Assembly (NCBI GenBank): GCA_004297735.1
Contig: SCTI01000002.1
Span: 128,160 to 192,159 of the forward strand
Source of the DNA: Patescibacteria group bacterium
GTDB taxonomy: Bacteria; Patescibacteriota; Saccharimonadia; UBA4664; SCTI01
Direction of reading: 5' to 3'
DNA: 64,000 nucleotides
Every line of letters starts with the position of its first letter. The stretch's first letter is position 1. Under the pieces are notes generated by a model, which was not told the DNA's origin, ran no database searches, and was given only the letters and a program-made list of their open reading frames with translations. Shown here in pieces: positions 35,953 through 46,260 of this stretch. The position numbers and the translations under genes were made by a program.

Positions 35953-37257
35953 TTAAACGGCTCCAGTTTTGTTTTGCGGCTTGGATCGCTTAAGTCGTAT
36001 TGCCGCCAACCAGCTACTAATCAGCATGGCGATGGCGTAGGCAAACAAGATAACCCCCATGATGGTAATGACCTTGGTTACCGAAATCAGGTCGGCCAAA
36101 ATTCCGGTTACAAACACCGGTATGGTACTGGAAATGTTAATTAGCATCTGCAGCGAGCTAAACACCTTGCCGCGGTTATGATCATCGGTGGTTTCCTGCA
36201 GTAAGGTTTGAGCGGTGGCATTAATGATTGAGTTCATCGCCCCTAGCACCAACATGATTCCGCCCACAATTAACCCGATGTTAACCAAATCAACCAACGG
36301 CTCACCGTGGTAGGTGCGATACAGCTGACCGCTCAAGCCCAGCAGGGTTAATACCAGTCCGGACATGAACAAGCTGGCTTCGATAATCTGGCGGCGGCCG
36401 GCTACTTTATTCAAGAAACCTAAGCAAATCACACCCACCAACATACCAACTCCAACCGGAATGATGATAAAGTGGCTGGCTTGCTGCAGCGGAACCTTAA
36501 ACAGTGCCAACGACAGCGCCGGCGCCAAGGTAATCAACACAAACACAATCCCCTGCGTAATTGCCATCTGCGACAGGGCAAATGATCGGTCGGGGTGAGC
36601 GCGAATAATCTGCCAGTTTTCCTTGAGCTGGCGGAACAGGTGGAGACGTGGTAGTTTTGTTGTTTTTTTATCAACTTTATACCTGGGGAGCCAGGCGGTA
36701 AGCAAAGTCGCCAAGCCGAACATGATGGCGGTAACGTAGTAAGCTCCGTGGTCGCCAAAGGCAGCCACAGCCGGACCTGAAGCGGAGTAACCCACCATAA
36801 ACGAGCCATACAGGCTGAACACAAAAAGTGAGTTGGCGGCGAGCAGGTTTTGCTTTGGCACGGTTCTAGGTATGGTAGCAGCTTCGGCTGGCATAAAGAA
36901 CTGCCCCACCACCGCAATCACAAAGGTTAACACGAGGATCCAGATCAGATTATTGGCGGCCGGGATGTAAAGCAGCACCAAAACGGTGCGCAGCGCGTTG
37001 GTTGCCACCAGCACCTTCTTGCGGTCCCAGTAGTCAACGTAAGCCCCAGCGACCGGAGCCGATAGAATCGCCGGTACCGCAAACGACAGCACCAGCAGAC
37101 TCACCGACAGGTTAGCAAAACGGGTTTGCTGGGTCAGATTGTAGACCAAAATAATAAGAGCAAAGTTAAGTAGATTGGCCGCTACCTGAGACAGGATTTG
37201 GGCCAACCACAACTTGGTAAAGTTGCGATGACGAATGGTCTGTATATACTCCACCAA
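35953..37257 (-). CDS. MFS transporter
   Basis: It is 434 aa with about 12 TM helices and an N-terminus of MVEYIQTIRHRNFTKLWLAQILSQVAANLLNFALIILVY. Confidence 0.7.
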   Translation of the reverse strand: MVEYIQTIRHRNFTKLWLAQILSQVAANLLNFALIILVYNLTQQTRFANLSVSLLVLSFAVPAILSAPVAGAYVDYWDRKKVLVATNALRTVLVLLYIPAANNLIWILVLTFVIAVVGQFFMPAEAATIPRTVPKQNLLAANSLFVFSLYGSFMVGYSASGPAVAAFGDHGAYYVTAIMFGLATLLTAWLPRYKVDKKTTKLPRLHLFRQLKENWQIIRAHPDRSFALSQMAITQGIVFVLITLAPALSLALFKVPLQQASHFIIIPVGVGMLVGVICLGFLNKVAGRRQIIEASLFMSGLVLTLLGLSGQLYRTYHGEPLVDLVNIGLIVGGIMLVLGAMNSIINATAQTLLQETTDDHNRGKVFSSLQMLINISSTIPVFVTGILADLISVTKVITIMGVILFAYAIAMLISSWLAAIRLKRSKPQNKTGAV

Positions 37258-37278
37258 ACTATTATAGCTTAATTAGCA

Positions 37279-37983
37279 CTAGCGAAACTGCTTGAAGTTG
37301 GTAGACCCGGGTCGGCCACTGGCCAGGCGCAAAAAGTTCTTGATGTGATACCAGGTAAACCCAAGAATACCCTGCCCCTTTACCCGCCGCGCCGAGGTAT
37401 AAACCTTAACCGCTGGGTCATAAACGATTCGCCCCTGTCGCTGCAAGCGATAACCCAGCTCAACATCCTCGCCAGTTATTAACTTTCGATTAAATCCTCC
37501 GGTCTTACGGTAAGCGCTAGCACGACAAGCAAAGTTCATGCCATTTAAATTCGGGCGTCGAATCAGTAGCGAAAAGCGTAAAAACAGGGAAAACAAGCTG
37601 CGCGAAGCTAAGCGAGCGATCCAAGGACCATCGCTCAGGTAAACCGGTCCGAACACTGCCGCCACCGCTGGGTCGGCAAAAACCCGCTGCACCGCTTCGA
37701 TATAGGTTGGAGGCAAGACGCTATCGGCATCGGTGGAGACAATAATATCCCCCTTGGCTACCTCAAAGCCCTGATCCCGCGCGGTCGCCACTCCCTGCCC
37801 CTGAGCCACCTTGGTGTAGCCATAGCTCATAATCAGTTGGGGCGTGGTGTCGGTGCTCTTGTCGACCGCGATAACCTCTAGCGGCGGCGCCGTTTGAGCA
37901 TCAATCGAGGCCGCCAAATCAGGCAGATATTTCTCTTCGTTTAAGGTTGGAACCACAATCGATACGGTTGGGGCGGTTTTCAA
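37279..37983 (-). CDS. Family 2 glycosyltransferase (dolichyl/polyprenyl-phosphate sugar synthase-like)
   Basis: The sequence reads VSIVVPTLNEEKYLPDLAASIDAQT...DADSVLPP. Confidence 0.75.
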   Translation of the reverse strand: MKTAPTVSIVVPTLNEEKYLPDLAASIDAQTAPPLEVIAVDKSTDTTPQLIMSYGYTKVAQGQGVATARDQGFEVAKGDIIVSTDADSVLPPTYIEAVQRVFADPAVAAVFGPVYLSDGPWIARLASRSLFSLFLRFSLLIRRPNLNGMNFACRASAYRKTGGFNRKLITGEDVELGYRLQRQGRIVYDPAVKVYTSARRVKGQGILGFTWYHIKNFLRLASGRPGSTNFKQFR

Positions 37984-38039
37984 GACGGGTCTCCGGAGCT
38001 ACAATACTGGTAGTATATCAACAGATACCCCGCAATTCT

Positions 38040-39323
38040 ATGAACATTGGCCTATTTAGCGACTCCTACCTTCCCAGCCTCGATGGCATCAGCTATTCGA
38101 TCGAGGCTTTTAGGGTTGAACTAGAAAAGCGCGGTCACACCGTTACCGTGTTCGCGCCGTCACCGAGCATTCGCTATAAAGAAAAGTCGCCCAACATTGT
38201 GCGATTCCCGGCAGTAAAGGGCCTGTTTTATGATGACTATCTGACCAGCATGTTCTTCCCGCCCGAAGCTTTACTGCGGATTAAACGTAAAAAGTTGGAT
38301 ATCGTCCACTTTCATACCCCTAGCCAAATTGGCCTGCTGGGCGCCTACTACGCCCTCCGTAGCCATACCCCGCTCATTAGCACCTACCACACCGATCTGT
38401 ACGAGTATGTTAGCCACTACCCCCAGGTGCTACCTGGCACCATCGCCCTGTCGCTAATGTCGCCCATGATTACCGGCGGAGGCCTGAGCGACTTCCGCAA
38501 GGCCATAAGCAGCATTAAGCCAGAACGCAACATTGATAAATGGAATAAGAAGATTGTTATGCGCGGCATTACTGCGCTGCATAACCGCTGCGACTACGTG
38601 ATAGCGCCGTCGCGTAAGATTCGCACCCAGCTCGAAGGCTGGGGCACCACCGCCCCAATTCGAATTCTACCGAGTGGCGTCGACCCAATCCCCACCACCG
38701 CACGCGCCACCAGCCTGTTCCGCAGTAAGTGGGGGCTCAACCCGGATCAGCCGGTTATCTTGTTTGTCGGGCGGCTGGGTAAAGAAAAAAACATTGAGCT
38801 GTTAATCGAAGCCTACGGGCAGGTCCGCAAGCAGCTACCAGAAGCAAAGCTGGTGATTGTGGGGCGACATGAACACCAAAAGGCGCTTCAAGCCTATTCC
38901 ACCAAACACAATCTAGATGATGGCGTTATCTTTACCGGCCATATTGAGCATGATCGCCTGGGAGCGGCCTACGCTAGTGCCAACGTGTTTGCCTTTCCGT
39001 CACGCACCGATACCCAAGGCTTGGTGCTGCACGAAGCCGCTAATGCCGGCTTGCCAATCGTCATGATCGACAAGGAGATAACCGAGGTGGTCCACGACAA
39101 GCAGAATGGCCTGTTTGCCCGAAATTCGGCCGGTGATATGGCGCGAAAGCTGTTAATCATTCTTAAAGACTCGGAGAAGCAGCAGCGATATGGTGCGGCC
39201 AGTCGCCAATTCGCCGCCGAATACTCCGCCTCCCACCAGGCCAAACTATTAGAAGAGCTATATCAAAAGACCATCACCAGCCATCGACGTGCTGCCGAGA
39301 TGCCGCCAGCCGTTAAGCCTTGA
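38040..39323 (+). CDS. Family 4 (GT-B) glycosyltransferase
   Basis: The sequence reads LFVGRLGKEKNIELLIEAY...FAFPSRTDTQGLVLHEAANAGLPIV. The likely start is MNIGLFSDSYLPSLDG. The track ORF begins earlier at 37947 and overlaps the divergent GT2 gene. Confidence 0.75.
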   Translation: MNIGLFSDSYLPSLDGISYSIEAFRVELEKRGHTVTVFAPSPSIRYKEKSPNIVRFPAVKGLFYDDYLTSMFFPPEALLRIKRKKLDIVHFHTPSQIGLLGAYYALRSHTPLISTYHTDLYEYVSHYPQVLPGTIALSLMSPMITGGGLSDFRKAISSIKPERNIDKWNKKIVMRGITALHNRCDYVIAPSRKIRTQLEGWGTTAPIRILPSGVDPIPTTARATSLFRSKWGLNPDQPVILFVGRLGKEKNIELLIEAYGQVRKQLPEAKLVIVGRHEHQKALQAYSTKHNLDDGVIFTGHIEHDRLGAAYASANVFAFPSRTDTQGLVLHEAANAGLPIVMIDKEITEVVHDKQNGLFARNSAGDMARKLLIILKDSEKQQRYGAASRQFAAEYSASHQAKLLEELYQKTITSHRRAAEMPPAVKP

Positions 39324-40098
39324 CCTTATAATTGCAACTGCCAAAAAGAAAAACCTCCAGTCGAGGTGACTAGAGGCGGATGGAGATCTCCACCCAGAGC
39401 GCTAGGCGTTGAACAGCCATTTTGGCAACTCTGGGTGGAGACCATGCTCCTGCTCGTACGGTCCAGACCTCCCATGTCTGGCGCGGTCGCTAGGGTCAAG
39501 CGGCAGCGACGGTACGGAACAAGATTTTCGAGCCAAGCGTCACAAATTGCCATGGAGAAGCAAGTGACAGCCGGGGCGCGAGCCTCTTGGTAGAGTGCTA
39601 TGCCCCAATATATGAGCCTATGAGCTCAGCTCGAAACTTGGTCGACTTCCTACCCCGCACCTAATAGAGCGCGGGTTTGCCCGTTCAATACGGGGCAGGA
39701 AGACGATTTGAAGGTGCTACACGCAGTTTAAGATCAAGGTGTACCGGGAGCAAACGCCCAAGAGCGTCGCTCCCGGCTTACCCTTGATGTTCAGGTGAAT
39801 GGTCCCCTGCGCGTGAGAACCACACCTGATTCCTGCTTCAGAGCTATCCGCTACCGGGCCCCGGTCAGGGGGTAACGGACGGCTCTGAAGTGTTGACCGG
39901 GGCCCTGCCTCGGTCGCCGTCTAGCGAGACGAGACAGGGCCACCGGTGATGGTGCTGAGGTGATGGGTCACTACGTCGCCATCTCCCCTCCTGTCTGTCG
40001 TTGACGTGAGTCCTGACGGGTGCGGCAGGGCCTTCAGTCGTCAGAACGGTAAAATCATAGCACTAAGTTGACATTCGGTCAACTGTCAATATTGATAA

Positions 40099-40902
40099 TT
40101 ACTTCGAGTGAGTAGGTTTATTATTGGCTGCTTCCCAGGCGAGCTCAAAGAGAGTTACCCAGGACCGGGCTAGCTCCTCACTCTTAATCACAACCCCTAT
40201 TGGCTGCGAACCAACCAGCGACACCATAGCAACTCGATCACCGACAATTGCCATATCCCCATTAATTGGGTACTTTTTGGGGTCAACATATCTGGATTGG
40301 CGTAACTTTTGATCATCTTTTGAGGCCATAATGGGGCCCTTAACACTTGTGTAGATGATTTTGCTTTTAATTCCGGCCGATACCCTATCGGGATTTGACT
40401 CCGACTCGGCAACCTCTGGGAACATCGCATACAGCTGGTCAAGATTACTGATACCATAGATCTGCTCAATCCCCTCCTCTTTACTTTCAGCAATAAAGCT
40501 CCTTACCACGGTCTGGATGCCTTCAGCTCCCTCGTAAAACTTAACGCTAGGTGATTCTTTTGACATTGACTGCAGCGACCCCAGCTGTGGTAGCAGCTCA
40601 TCTAGCTGGGCCTTTTGATCCTTAATGGCCTGCTCTTTTTTATCGAGCAAGCGCCGGAGGTTTTCGGGCGACTCGGCGTTAAATAAGGTCTTTTTGGCCT
40701 TGCTGGTCTGGCTGACTAACCCCAAGCCAACTAGAGATTCCAAGATAACGTAGGTGGTGACTCGCTTAATACCGCTAGCATCGGCAATCTGCTGCACGCC
40801 GGCCGGACCCAACATTAAGTTAGCCACATAGACCCTGGCCTCCTTATTACTGAGGCCTAAATCTTCAACTTGACTGATTAATTGCTCGTCCATTTGACTC
40901 AA
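40099..40902 (-). CDS. TrmB-family transcriptional regulator
   Basis: The N-terminal HTH reads LGLSNKEARVYVANLMLGPAGVQQIADASGIKRVTTYVILESLVGLGLV. The C-terminal domain is TrmB-like. Confidence 0.65.
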   Translation of the reverse strand: MSQMDEQLISQVEDLGLSNKEARVYVANLMLGPAGVQQIADASGIKRVTTYVILESLVGLGLVSQTSKAKKTLFNAESPENLRRLLDKKEQAIKDQKAQLDELLPQLGSLQSMSKESPSVKFYEGAEGIQTVVRSFIAESKEEGIEQIYGISNLDQLYAMFPEVAESESNPDRVSAGIKSKIIYTSVKGPIMASKDDQKLRQSRYVDPKKYPINGDMAIVGDRVAMVSLVGSQPIGVVIKSEELARSWVTLFELAWEAANNKPTHSK

Positions 40903-41021
40903 TATATCAAATCAAATTAGTTTTGTAAATATTAATTGACAACACTAATTTAATGAAATGTTAATTAAATTTTTGACGATTAACTAAGGCGCGCATATGA
41001 TGCTCTCAAACAGGGGGAATT

Positions 41022-42515
41022 ATGCTGGCAAGAGTGCAGGCACCGGCTCAAATGGGGCTGGAGGGACAGTTGGTCGAAATTGAATGCGACATGAGCAATG
41101 GCCTACCCGGCTTGGTGGTGGTCGGCTTAGGCAATAAGGCGGTCGAAGAGGCCCGCGAGCGCGTGCGCGGGGCAATTAAAAATAGTGGCCTGATGCTTCC
41201 GCCAAAGCGAATCACCCTCAACCTTGCCCCAGCCGATATACCCAAAGATGGAACTGGCTTTGATTTAGGTATGGCGATTGCGGTCCTAATTGCCAGCGAG
41301 CAGCTGCCAGAGGTAGCCAGTAGTCTTTTTATTGGCGAACTGGCGCTGAACGGTAGCGTCAGAGCTACCGCCGGGGTGGTAAGCGCCGCACACCTGGCAG
41401 GAAGGCTTGGCATTGACCGACTGTATGTACCGAGCGGCCAGGAACAGGGTCTACAGCGTTTTAATTCAACTCGCGTTATTCCAGTTAAGAGCTTGGCTCA
41501 GCTGGCGGAGCACCTACGTGGCGCGAAGCCAATCCGGACTCGAGTAAAACGCTCCTCCCCTCCTCTGCCGATCAAGCCCGAGGTTGATTTTGCCGACATC
41601 TACGGCCAGGAGGAGGCCAAGCGAGCCATGTTGATTGCCGCCAGCGGACGACACAATATACTGCTGGTTGGCCCGCCTGGGGTTGGCAAGACCATGCTGG
41701 CCAAAGCGGCGGCCGGGATTATGCCACCGCTCAGCGCCGAGCAGCAGATGGAGGTGGCGCGACTACACGAGGCGCGAGGGCTAAGTCGACCGGTAAACGC
41801 CACCGATCGTCCATTTAGATCGCCGCACCACAGCACCAGCGTTACCGCCCTGATTGGCGGTGGCCGCCACCCCACCCCTGGAGAGATCAGCTTAAGCCAC
41901 CACGGAGTACTGTTTTTAGACGAGCTACCGGAGTTTCAACGGCCGGTGCTCGAAGCCTTGCGCCAGCCGCTCGAAGATGGGCGCATCACCATTGGTCGAG
42001 CCGCCGGTAGCGCCACCTTCCCGGCTCGGTTCATGCTGATTGCCGCTCAAAACCCTTGCCCCTGCGGCTACCGCGGCGACCCCGAACGGCGGTGCAGCTG
42101 CCCGGCCCACCAGATACAGCGCTACCGCAAGCAGATCTCCGGTCCGCTACTGGAGCGAATCGACATGATGGTGTCGGTTAAGCGAGCAAAATTGGACCAA
42201 GTTAATCGATCCACCACTACCAGTCAGCAGCTACAAGCCAAGGTCAACCAAGTGTCGTTGTTGCAGAAACAACGATTCAAGGATGATTCCCTCACCAACG
42301 CCAATCTCGCTGGGCAGGGACTGCAGCAGCACTGTCGATTAGACTCAGGCGGCCAACAGCTCATTAGCCAAGCGCTGGCCGCGTTCCACCTCTCGACCCG
42401 AACCCATGTCCGCATACTTCGAGTGGCCCGGACCATTGCCGACCTTGATCAATCAAAAACAATTACCAGCCAACACCTAGCCGAAGCGATACGCTATCGG
42501 GCTACAACTGAATAA
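41022..42515 (+). CDS. YifB/ComM-family Mg-chelatase-like AAA+ ATPase
   Basis: The N-terminus reads MLARVQAPAQMGLEGQLVEIECDMSNGLPGLVVVGLG. Walker A is LLVGPPGVGKTM. A Cys cluster reads CPCGYRGDPERRCSC. Confidence 0.8.
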   Translation: MLARVQAPAQMGLEGQLVEIECDMSNGLPGLVVVGLGNKAVEEARERVRGAIKNSGLMLPPKRITLNLAPADIPKDGTGFDLGMAIAVLIASEQLPEVASSLFIGELALNGSVRATAGVVSAAHLAGRLGIDRLYVPSGQEQGLQRFNSTRVIPVKSLAQLAEHLRGAKPIRTRVKRSSPPLPIKPEVDFADIYGQEEAKRAMLIAASGRHNILLVGPPGVGKTMLAKAAAGIMPPLSAEQQMEVARLHEARGLSRPVNATDRPFRSPHHSTSVTALIGGGRHPTPGEISLSHHGVLFLDELPEFQRPVLEALRQPLEDGRITIGRAAGSATFPARFMLIAAQNPCPCGYRGDPERRCSCPAHQIQRYRKQISGPLLERIDMMVSVKRAKLDQVNRSTTTSQQLQAKVNQVSLLQKQRFKDDSLTNANLAGQGLQQHCRLDSGGQQLISQALAAFHLSTRTHVRILRVARTIADLDQSKTITSQHLAEAIRYRATTE

Positions 42516-42816
42516 GGTTATAAACCTGGTCCCCGAGCGAGGTTGAGCTAAGCAGCCACCACAGCAACAACTCGGTGCCGATACAGCCAACCGCTAGCAG
42601 CGTAATCTGTCGGACATCGCGGCGGACGTAGCCCCATTCATCGGTGACCACCGCTGCGCCAGCGCCGGCAGAGTCAGACTTAGTCGCCTTAGCGGTGGCA
42701 GGCGCCTTGGCTGAGGCTACAGCTGTATTTGCGGCCAGATTAGGTTTAGCCGCTACCGATTGCTGCGAGGTGCGAATCACCCGCTTCTTTTTACTGCGAG
42801 ACTTCTTTTTAGACAT
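42502..42816 (-). CDS. Hypothetical Lys-rich / TM small protein; coding status uncertain
   Basis: The N-terminus is MSKKKSRSKKKRVIRTS and the C-terminus is hydrophobic. It has no clear SD and overlaps the comM-like 3' end by 14 nt. Confidence 0.25.
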   Translation of the reverse strand: MSKKKSRSKKKRVIRTSQQSVAAKPNLAANTAVASAKAPATAKATKSDSAGAGAAVVTDEWGYVRRDVRQITLLAVGCIGTELLLWWLLSSTSLGDQVYNLIQL

Positions 42817-42900
42817 GCTTTTATGCTACCACAGCTCCCCGGCTGGTTGCAGGGGCTCATCAGCCAGCTTATACTTGGTAGCAGTAAAGAATGTGGTGAA

Positions 42901-43365
42901 ATGAACACGGTATGGTTGGTGCTTATTTTAATAGCTCTGGTATTGTCGGCGGTCAGCCTGTGGCTAGCCATCCGCTTACAACGGCGATTCCACAGCTCCC
43001 TGGCCGGTAGCGACGGCGATAGCCTGGAGCAGTCGCTATCGACCTACCACAAACAGGTTGAGGCGGTGGCGGGCCACCTCGATAAACTAGATGATGCCTA
43101 CGAGCGGTTGGCCGCCACCGGCAGTCTGGCCTCCCAAAAGATCTCGATTGTCCGATTCAATCCGTTTGGTGATACCGGCGGCGATCAGAGCTTCGTGCTC
43201 GCCGTGCTTGACGCCCACGACTCCGGTTATGTGCTCACCAGTATTCACGGACGTGAGGGTACCCGGGTTTACGTAAAACCGGTAGACTATAATAAAAGCA
43301 AGTATCCGCTTTCGGATGAGGAAAAACAGGCGCTCAAGCAAGCCTCACGGCGAGTGCCCAAGTAG
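42901..43365 (+). CDS. DUF4446-like small membrane protein
   Basis: There is an N-terminal TM (WLVLILIALVLSAVSLWLAI). The conserved block reads IVRFNPFGDTGGDQSFVLAVLDAHDSGYVLTSIHGREGTRVY. The track ORF begins earlier at 42760. Confidence 0.5.
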   Translation: MNTVWLVLILIALVLSAVSLWLAIRLQRRFHSSLAGSDGDSLEQSLSTYHKQVEAVAGHLDKLDDAYERLAATGSLASQKISIVRFNPFGDTGGDQSFVLAVLDAHDSGYVLTSIHGREGTRVYVKPVDYNKSKYPLSDEEKQALKQASRRVPK

Positions 43366-43386
43366 TTTCAAGCATAAAGGAGTAGT

Positions 43387-43782
43387 ATGGCTAAAAAGAA
43401 CGACATGTTTGGAGTATCAGGAACCGACACCATTATCGGTTCAAGCGTTAAGCTCAAGGGCAACCTAGCCAGCGAGACCGACATCACCATTGATGGCACC
43501 CTAACCGGCAACATTAAGTGCGGCGGCCACCTAACGATTGGCGTTAACGCCCACATCGTTGGTAATCTGTCGGCTACCAGTGTGGCGATCGCTGGCCAGG
43601 TTGACGGCAACGTCATTGCGGTCGATAGCGCCTCGGTGCTCGAAACCGGCCAGGTGCACGGCGACATCGCTTGCTCTCGGATTGAGATCGCCATGGGCGG
43701 TGTCTTTGTCGGTGTGAGCAAGATGAAGCCGCTTAAGGCCACCGAGATTGAGTCGTATGATGAAGCAGGATCAAATAGCTAG
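43387..43782 (+). CDS. Bactofilin (polymer-forming cytoskeletal protein)
   Basis: The beta-helical repeat pattern reads IIGSSVKLKGNLASETDITIDGTLTGNIKCGGHLTIGVNAHIVGNL... Confidence 0.75.
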   Translation: MAKKNDMFGVSGTDTIIGSSVKLKGNLASETDITIDGTLTGNIKCGGHLTIGVNAHIVGNLSATSVAIAGQVDGNVIAVDSASVLETGQVHGDIACSRIEIAMGGVFVGVSKMKPLKATEIESYDEAGSNS

Positions 43783-43785
43783 AGT

Positions 43786-44658
43786 ATGTATTACTACATC
43801 CTTAACCCGATAGCCGGCAAAGGGGCGGTTTCGACGCTACAAGACAAGCTGCGAATGCGACTGCGTGAGCTGGGCATCGACGGCGAGTTTGCTAAAACCA
43901 CCGGACCTGGCGATGCCACCAAGATGGCTAAAACCGCCATCGAAAAAGGTCACACCACCATCGTGGTGGTAGGTGGCGACGGTACCGTCAACGAGGTGGT
44001 TAACGGTATAACCAAGGAGAACGTAGCGGTTGGCATTATACCGACCGGCAATTCAAACATCCTGGCGCACCGCCTGGGTATCACCAGCTGGCAACAAGCC
44101 TGCGAGGTACTGGCGGCTCGTCGGCTAACCAGCTACGGCTTGATTGCAGCCGGCCAAAAATACTTTTTATCCACCCTTACCCTAGGGTTCGAAACCGATC
44201 TCGACAAACAGGTTGAAACCGCTCCCGACACCAGTTTGCGCGGCCGAATGGGCCAGTTTGCCCAGGGCTGGGGCCACGCTCGCAACTATGAGTCGCTGGA
44301 GTGCCGCATCTTAATTGACGACAATCTGGAGTTAACCGCCCCCCTGTTTAGCCTGAGTATCACCAACCAAAAGTTTGATAACCCGCTTGCCCCCAACAAG
44401 CTCCTGGTAACTTTGGTGGACACCCCAAATCGCCGACAGCTCACCTCTTACCTGTGGAGCGTGCTTAAAAAGGATGATGTCGAAGATGGCGTCAGTCGCT
44501 TTGGTGCCAAGCGTGTTGTAATTGAAACAACCCCTCCAACCGGTATCATGATTGATGGTAAGTTGAGCGGCCGCACCCCTATTGCAATCCGCTTAACCAA
44601 CAAGCAAATTAGGTTTATTACCGAGAAGCAGTTCTCTACCTTCAAGCCTGAAGATTAA
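43786..44658 (+). CDS. Diacylglycerol kinase-family lipid kinase (YegS/BmrU-like)
   Basis: The sequence reads YYILNPIAGKG...TIVVVGGDGTVNEVVNG. Confidence 0.75.
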   Translation: MYYYILNPIAGKGAVSTLQDKLRMRLRELGIDGEFAKTTGPGDATKMAKTAIEKGHTTIVVVGGDGTVNEVVNGITKENVAVGIIPTGNSNILAHRLGITSWQQACEVLAARRLTSYGLIAAGQKYFLSTLTLGFETDLDKQVETAPDTSLRGRMGQFAQGWGHARNYESLECRILIDDNLELTAPLFSLSITNQKFDNPLAPNKLLVTLVDTPNRRQLTSYLWSVLKKDDVEDGVSRFGAKRVVIETTPPTGIMIDGKLSGRTPIAIRLTNKQIRFITEKQFSTFKPED

Positions 44659-44712
44659 ATTTTTATTAAATAATTCCGGTTCGGACCCCGCCGTATGGGT
44701 AACGGCAGGATC

Positions 44713-45556
44713 CTAGGTGGCCACTAGAGGCCTGGTTCGATCAAGGCTAGGATCGGTGTCTTCTTCTTCGTCGTCGGGTGGCTCCAGAACATACCCAACA
44801 ATCTGTCCCCGATCCCTCAGCTCGCCAGACTCAAGGAGCTGGAAGGCAATCCAGAAGTATTCATCGGCCTCCGCCCAGATATGCCCAACAACATCATCGT
44901 GAACCGCATTGAGCCTGATGTTGTAAACCTTAAATACACCCTGAGCAGGAGCTGGCCTTAGGAGCAGTTCGTAAACCTTCGCGTGGCAACCTAAAATACT
45001 GATGTCCGCTGTGGCTACCAGACGAATTAGGTAGGAACGCTCGATCTTGACCTGATTCCCTGGAATGCAGTCCTCAAGCCCCTCAAAGTACTCCTGTGGT
45101 GTAATCGGCTCAAGCACGCCGACACTCTCGCCTGCGCCGCCACCGTCGGCTGAACCACGTCGGCCAACGGGCGCCAACCGGATAGCCAACCTCCATCTGG
45201 CCGCCTGGCGTCAGAAGGACGTTGTGGTCGCCCAGCATTAGCTCGAACTCAACCTCATGACCCGCAATCACGCCCTTGAAGCGAAGCTTCGTGGCGGGCT
45301 GACTGGGCCTGTCGTCGATGCTATCCAGGATGAACCACGCCTCGACGGGACCGGTAAACCCAAGCAGCAGACTCAGAGTACGGTCGATGCCGCCCAGCTT
45401 AACTTTCACCAAGGTGGGATCTAGCCACAGCTGGTAGAGGCGGTTGGACTTCAGCGATTCGGCCCATAGCCTACTATCCATCTTGCCACTACTGAACTCC
45501 TGGGGCGTCAACGTAAAGACAGCCATCACAGCTCCAAACGTTTGATTATAGGGCAA
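44713..45556 (-). pseudogene. Hypothetical gene split into two overlapping ORFs in different frames (148 aa and 158 aa); either a frameshift or a sequencing error
   Basis: The ORFs 45110..45556 and 44713..45189 overlap by 80 nt in different frames. The Arg-rich C-terminus of the first and the Gly/Arg-rich N-terminus of the second look like out-of-frame read-through. Confidence 0.35.
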
Positions 45557-45663
45557 GCGTTATTATCCTCTTGCTTGTGGTTTTTTTCAACCTGAAACCC
45601 TGTTGACCACCAGGTGTAAATCTGCTATTATTGGCTGCGAAGCTTTCTTAAAGGAGAACTGTA

Positions 45664-46260
45664 ATCGCCCAACGAACCCGCCTAAACCAAGATATCACCG
45701 CACCTCAAGTGCGATTGATTGGTGCAGCTGGCGAACAGGTTGGAGTGGTTTCGATTGCAGAAGCGTTAGAGCAAGCCAGCCAGGCCAATCAGGATCTGGT
45801 TGAGATTGCCCCTAACGCCAGCCCTCCGGTGGTGAAGATTTTGGACTGGGGTAAGTATCGCTACGAACAGACCAAACAGGACCAAAAGAACAAGCGTAAC
45901 CAGCGTAACCAAGAGGTTAAGCAGGTTCGCCTGAGCCTAAAGATTGGTCAACACGATCTTGAGGTGAAGTCTAGGAAAGCTCGGCAGTTTCTCGTTAATG
46001 GCAACAAGGTTAAGGTCAGCCTGCGTTTTCGCGGCCGTGAGGTTACTCACCCCGATCTCGGTAAGGCAGTGATTTACCGCTTTGTTGAAACCATTGAGGA
46101 CGTTTCGGTGGTCGAACAAGAGCCACAACTATCCGGTCGAGAAATGACCATGCTATTAGGAATTAAGAAAGAGTCACCAAGCAATGCCAAAGATGAAAAC
46201 GCACAAGGGAATGGCCAAGCGGATCAAGCTGAGCGGCAGCGGCAAGATGCTGCGGCGTAA
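45664..46260 (+). CDS. infC: Translation initiation factor IF-3 with a non-AUG (AUC) start
   Basis: AAGGAG is followed by 7 nt and then ATC at 45664. The N-terminus (I)AQRTRLNQDITAPQVRLIGAAGEQVGVVS aligns with IF-3. The track starts at an internal GTG, 45709. The 3' end overlaps rpmI by 77 nt. Confidence 0.8.
   Translation: MAQRTRLNQDITAPQVRLIGAAGEQVGVVSIAEALEQASQANQDLVEIAPNASPPVVKILDWGKYRYEQTKQDQKNKRNQRNQEVKQVRLSLKIGQHDLEVKSRKARQFLVNGNKVKVSLRFRGREVTHPDLGKAVIYRFVETIEDVSVVEQEPQLSGREMTMLLGIKKESPSNAKDENAQGNGQADQAERQRQDAAA

Noticed and set aside
39326-39593. Two mutually antisense 75-aa ORFs in the GC-rich intergenic block
   Set aside because: They have an Arg/Gly-rich, codon-usage-atypical composition and no SD. 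The region is better explained as non-coding structured DNA or RNA.
45603-45803. A 66-aa ORF upstream of infC
   Set aside because: It is in a different frame and overlaps the SD and the non-AUG start of infC. Nothing supports it.
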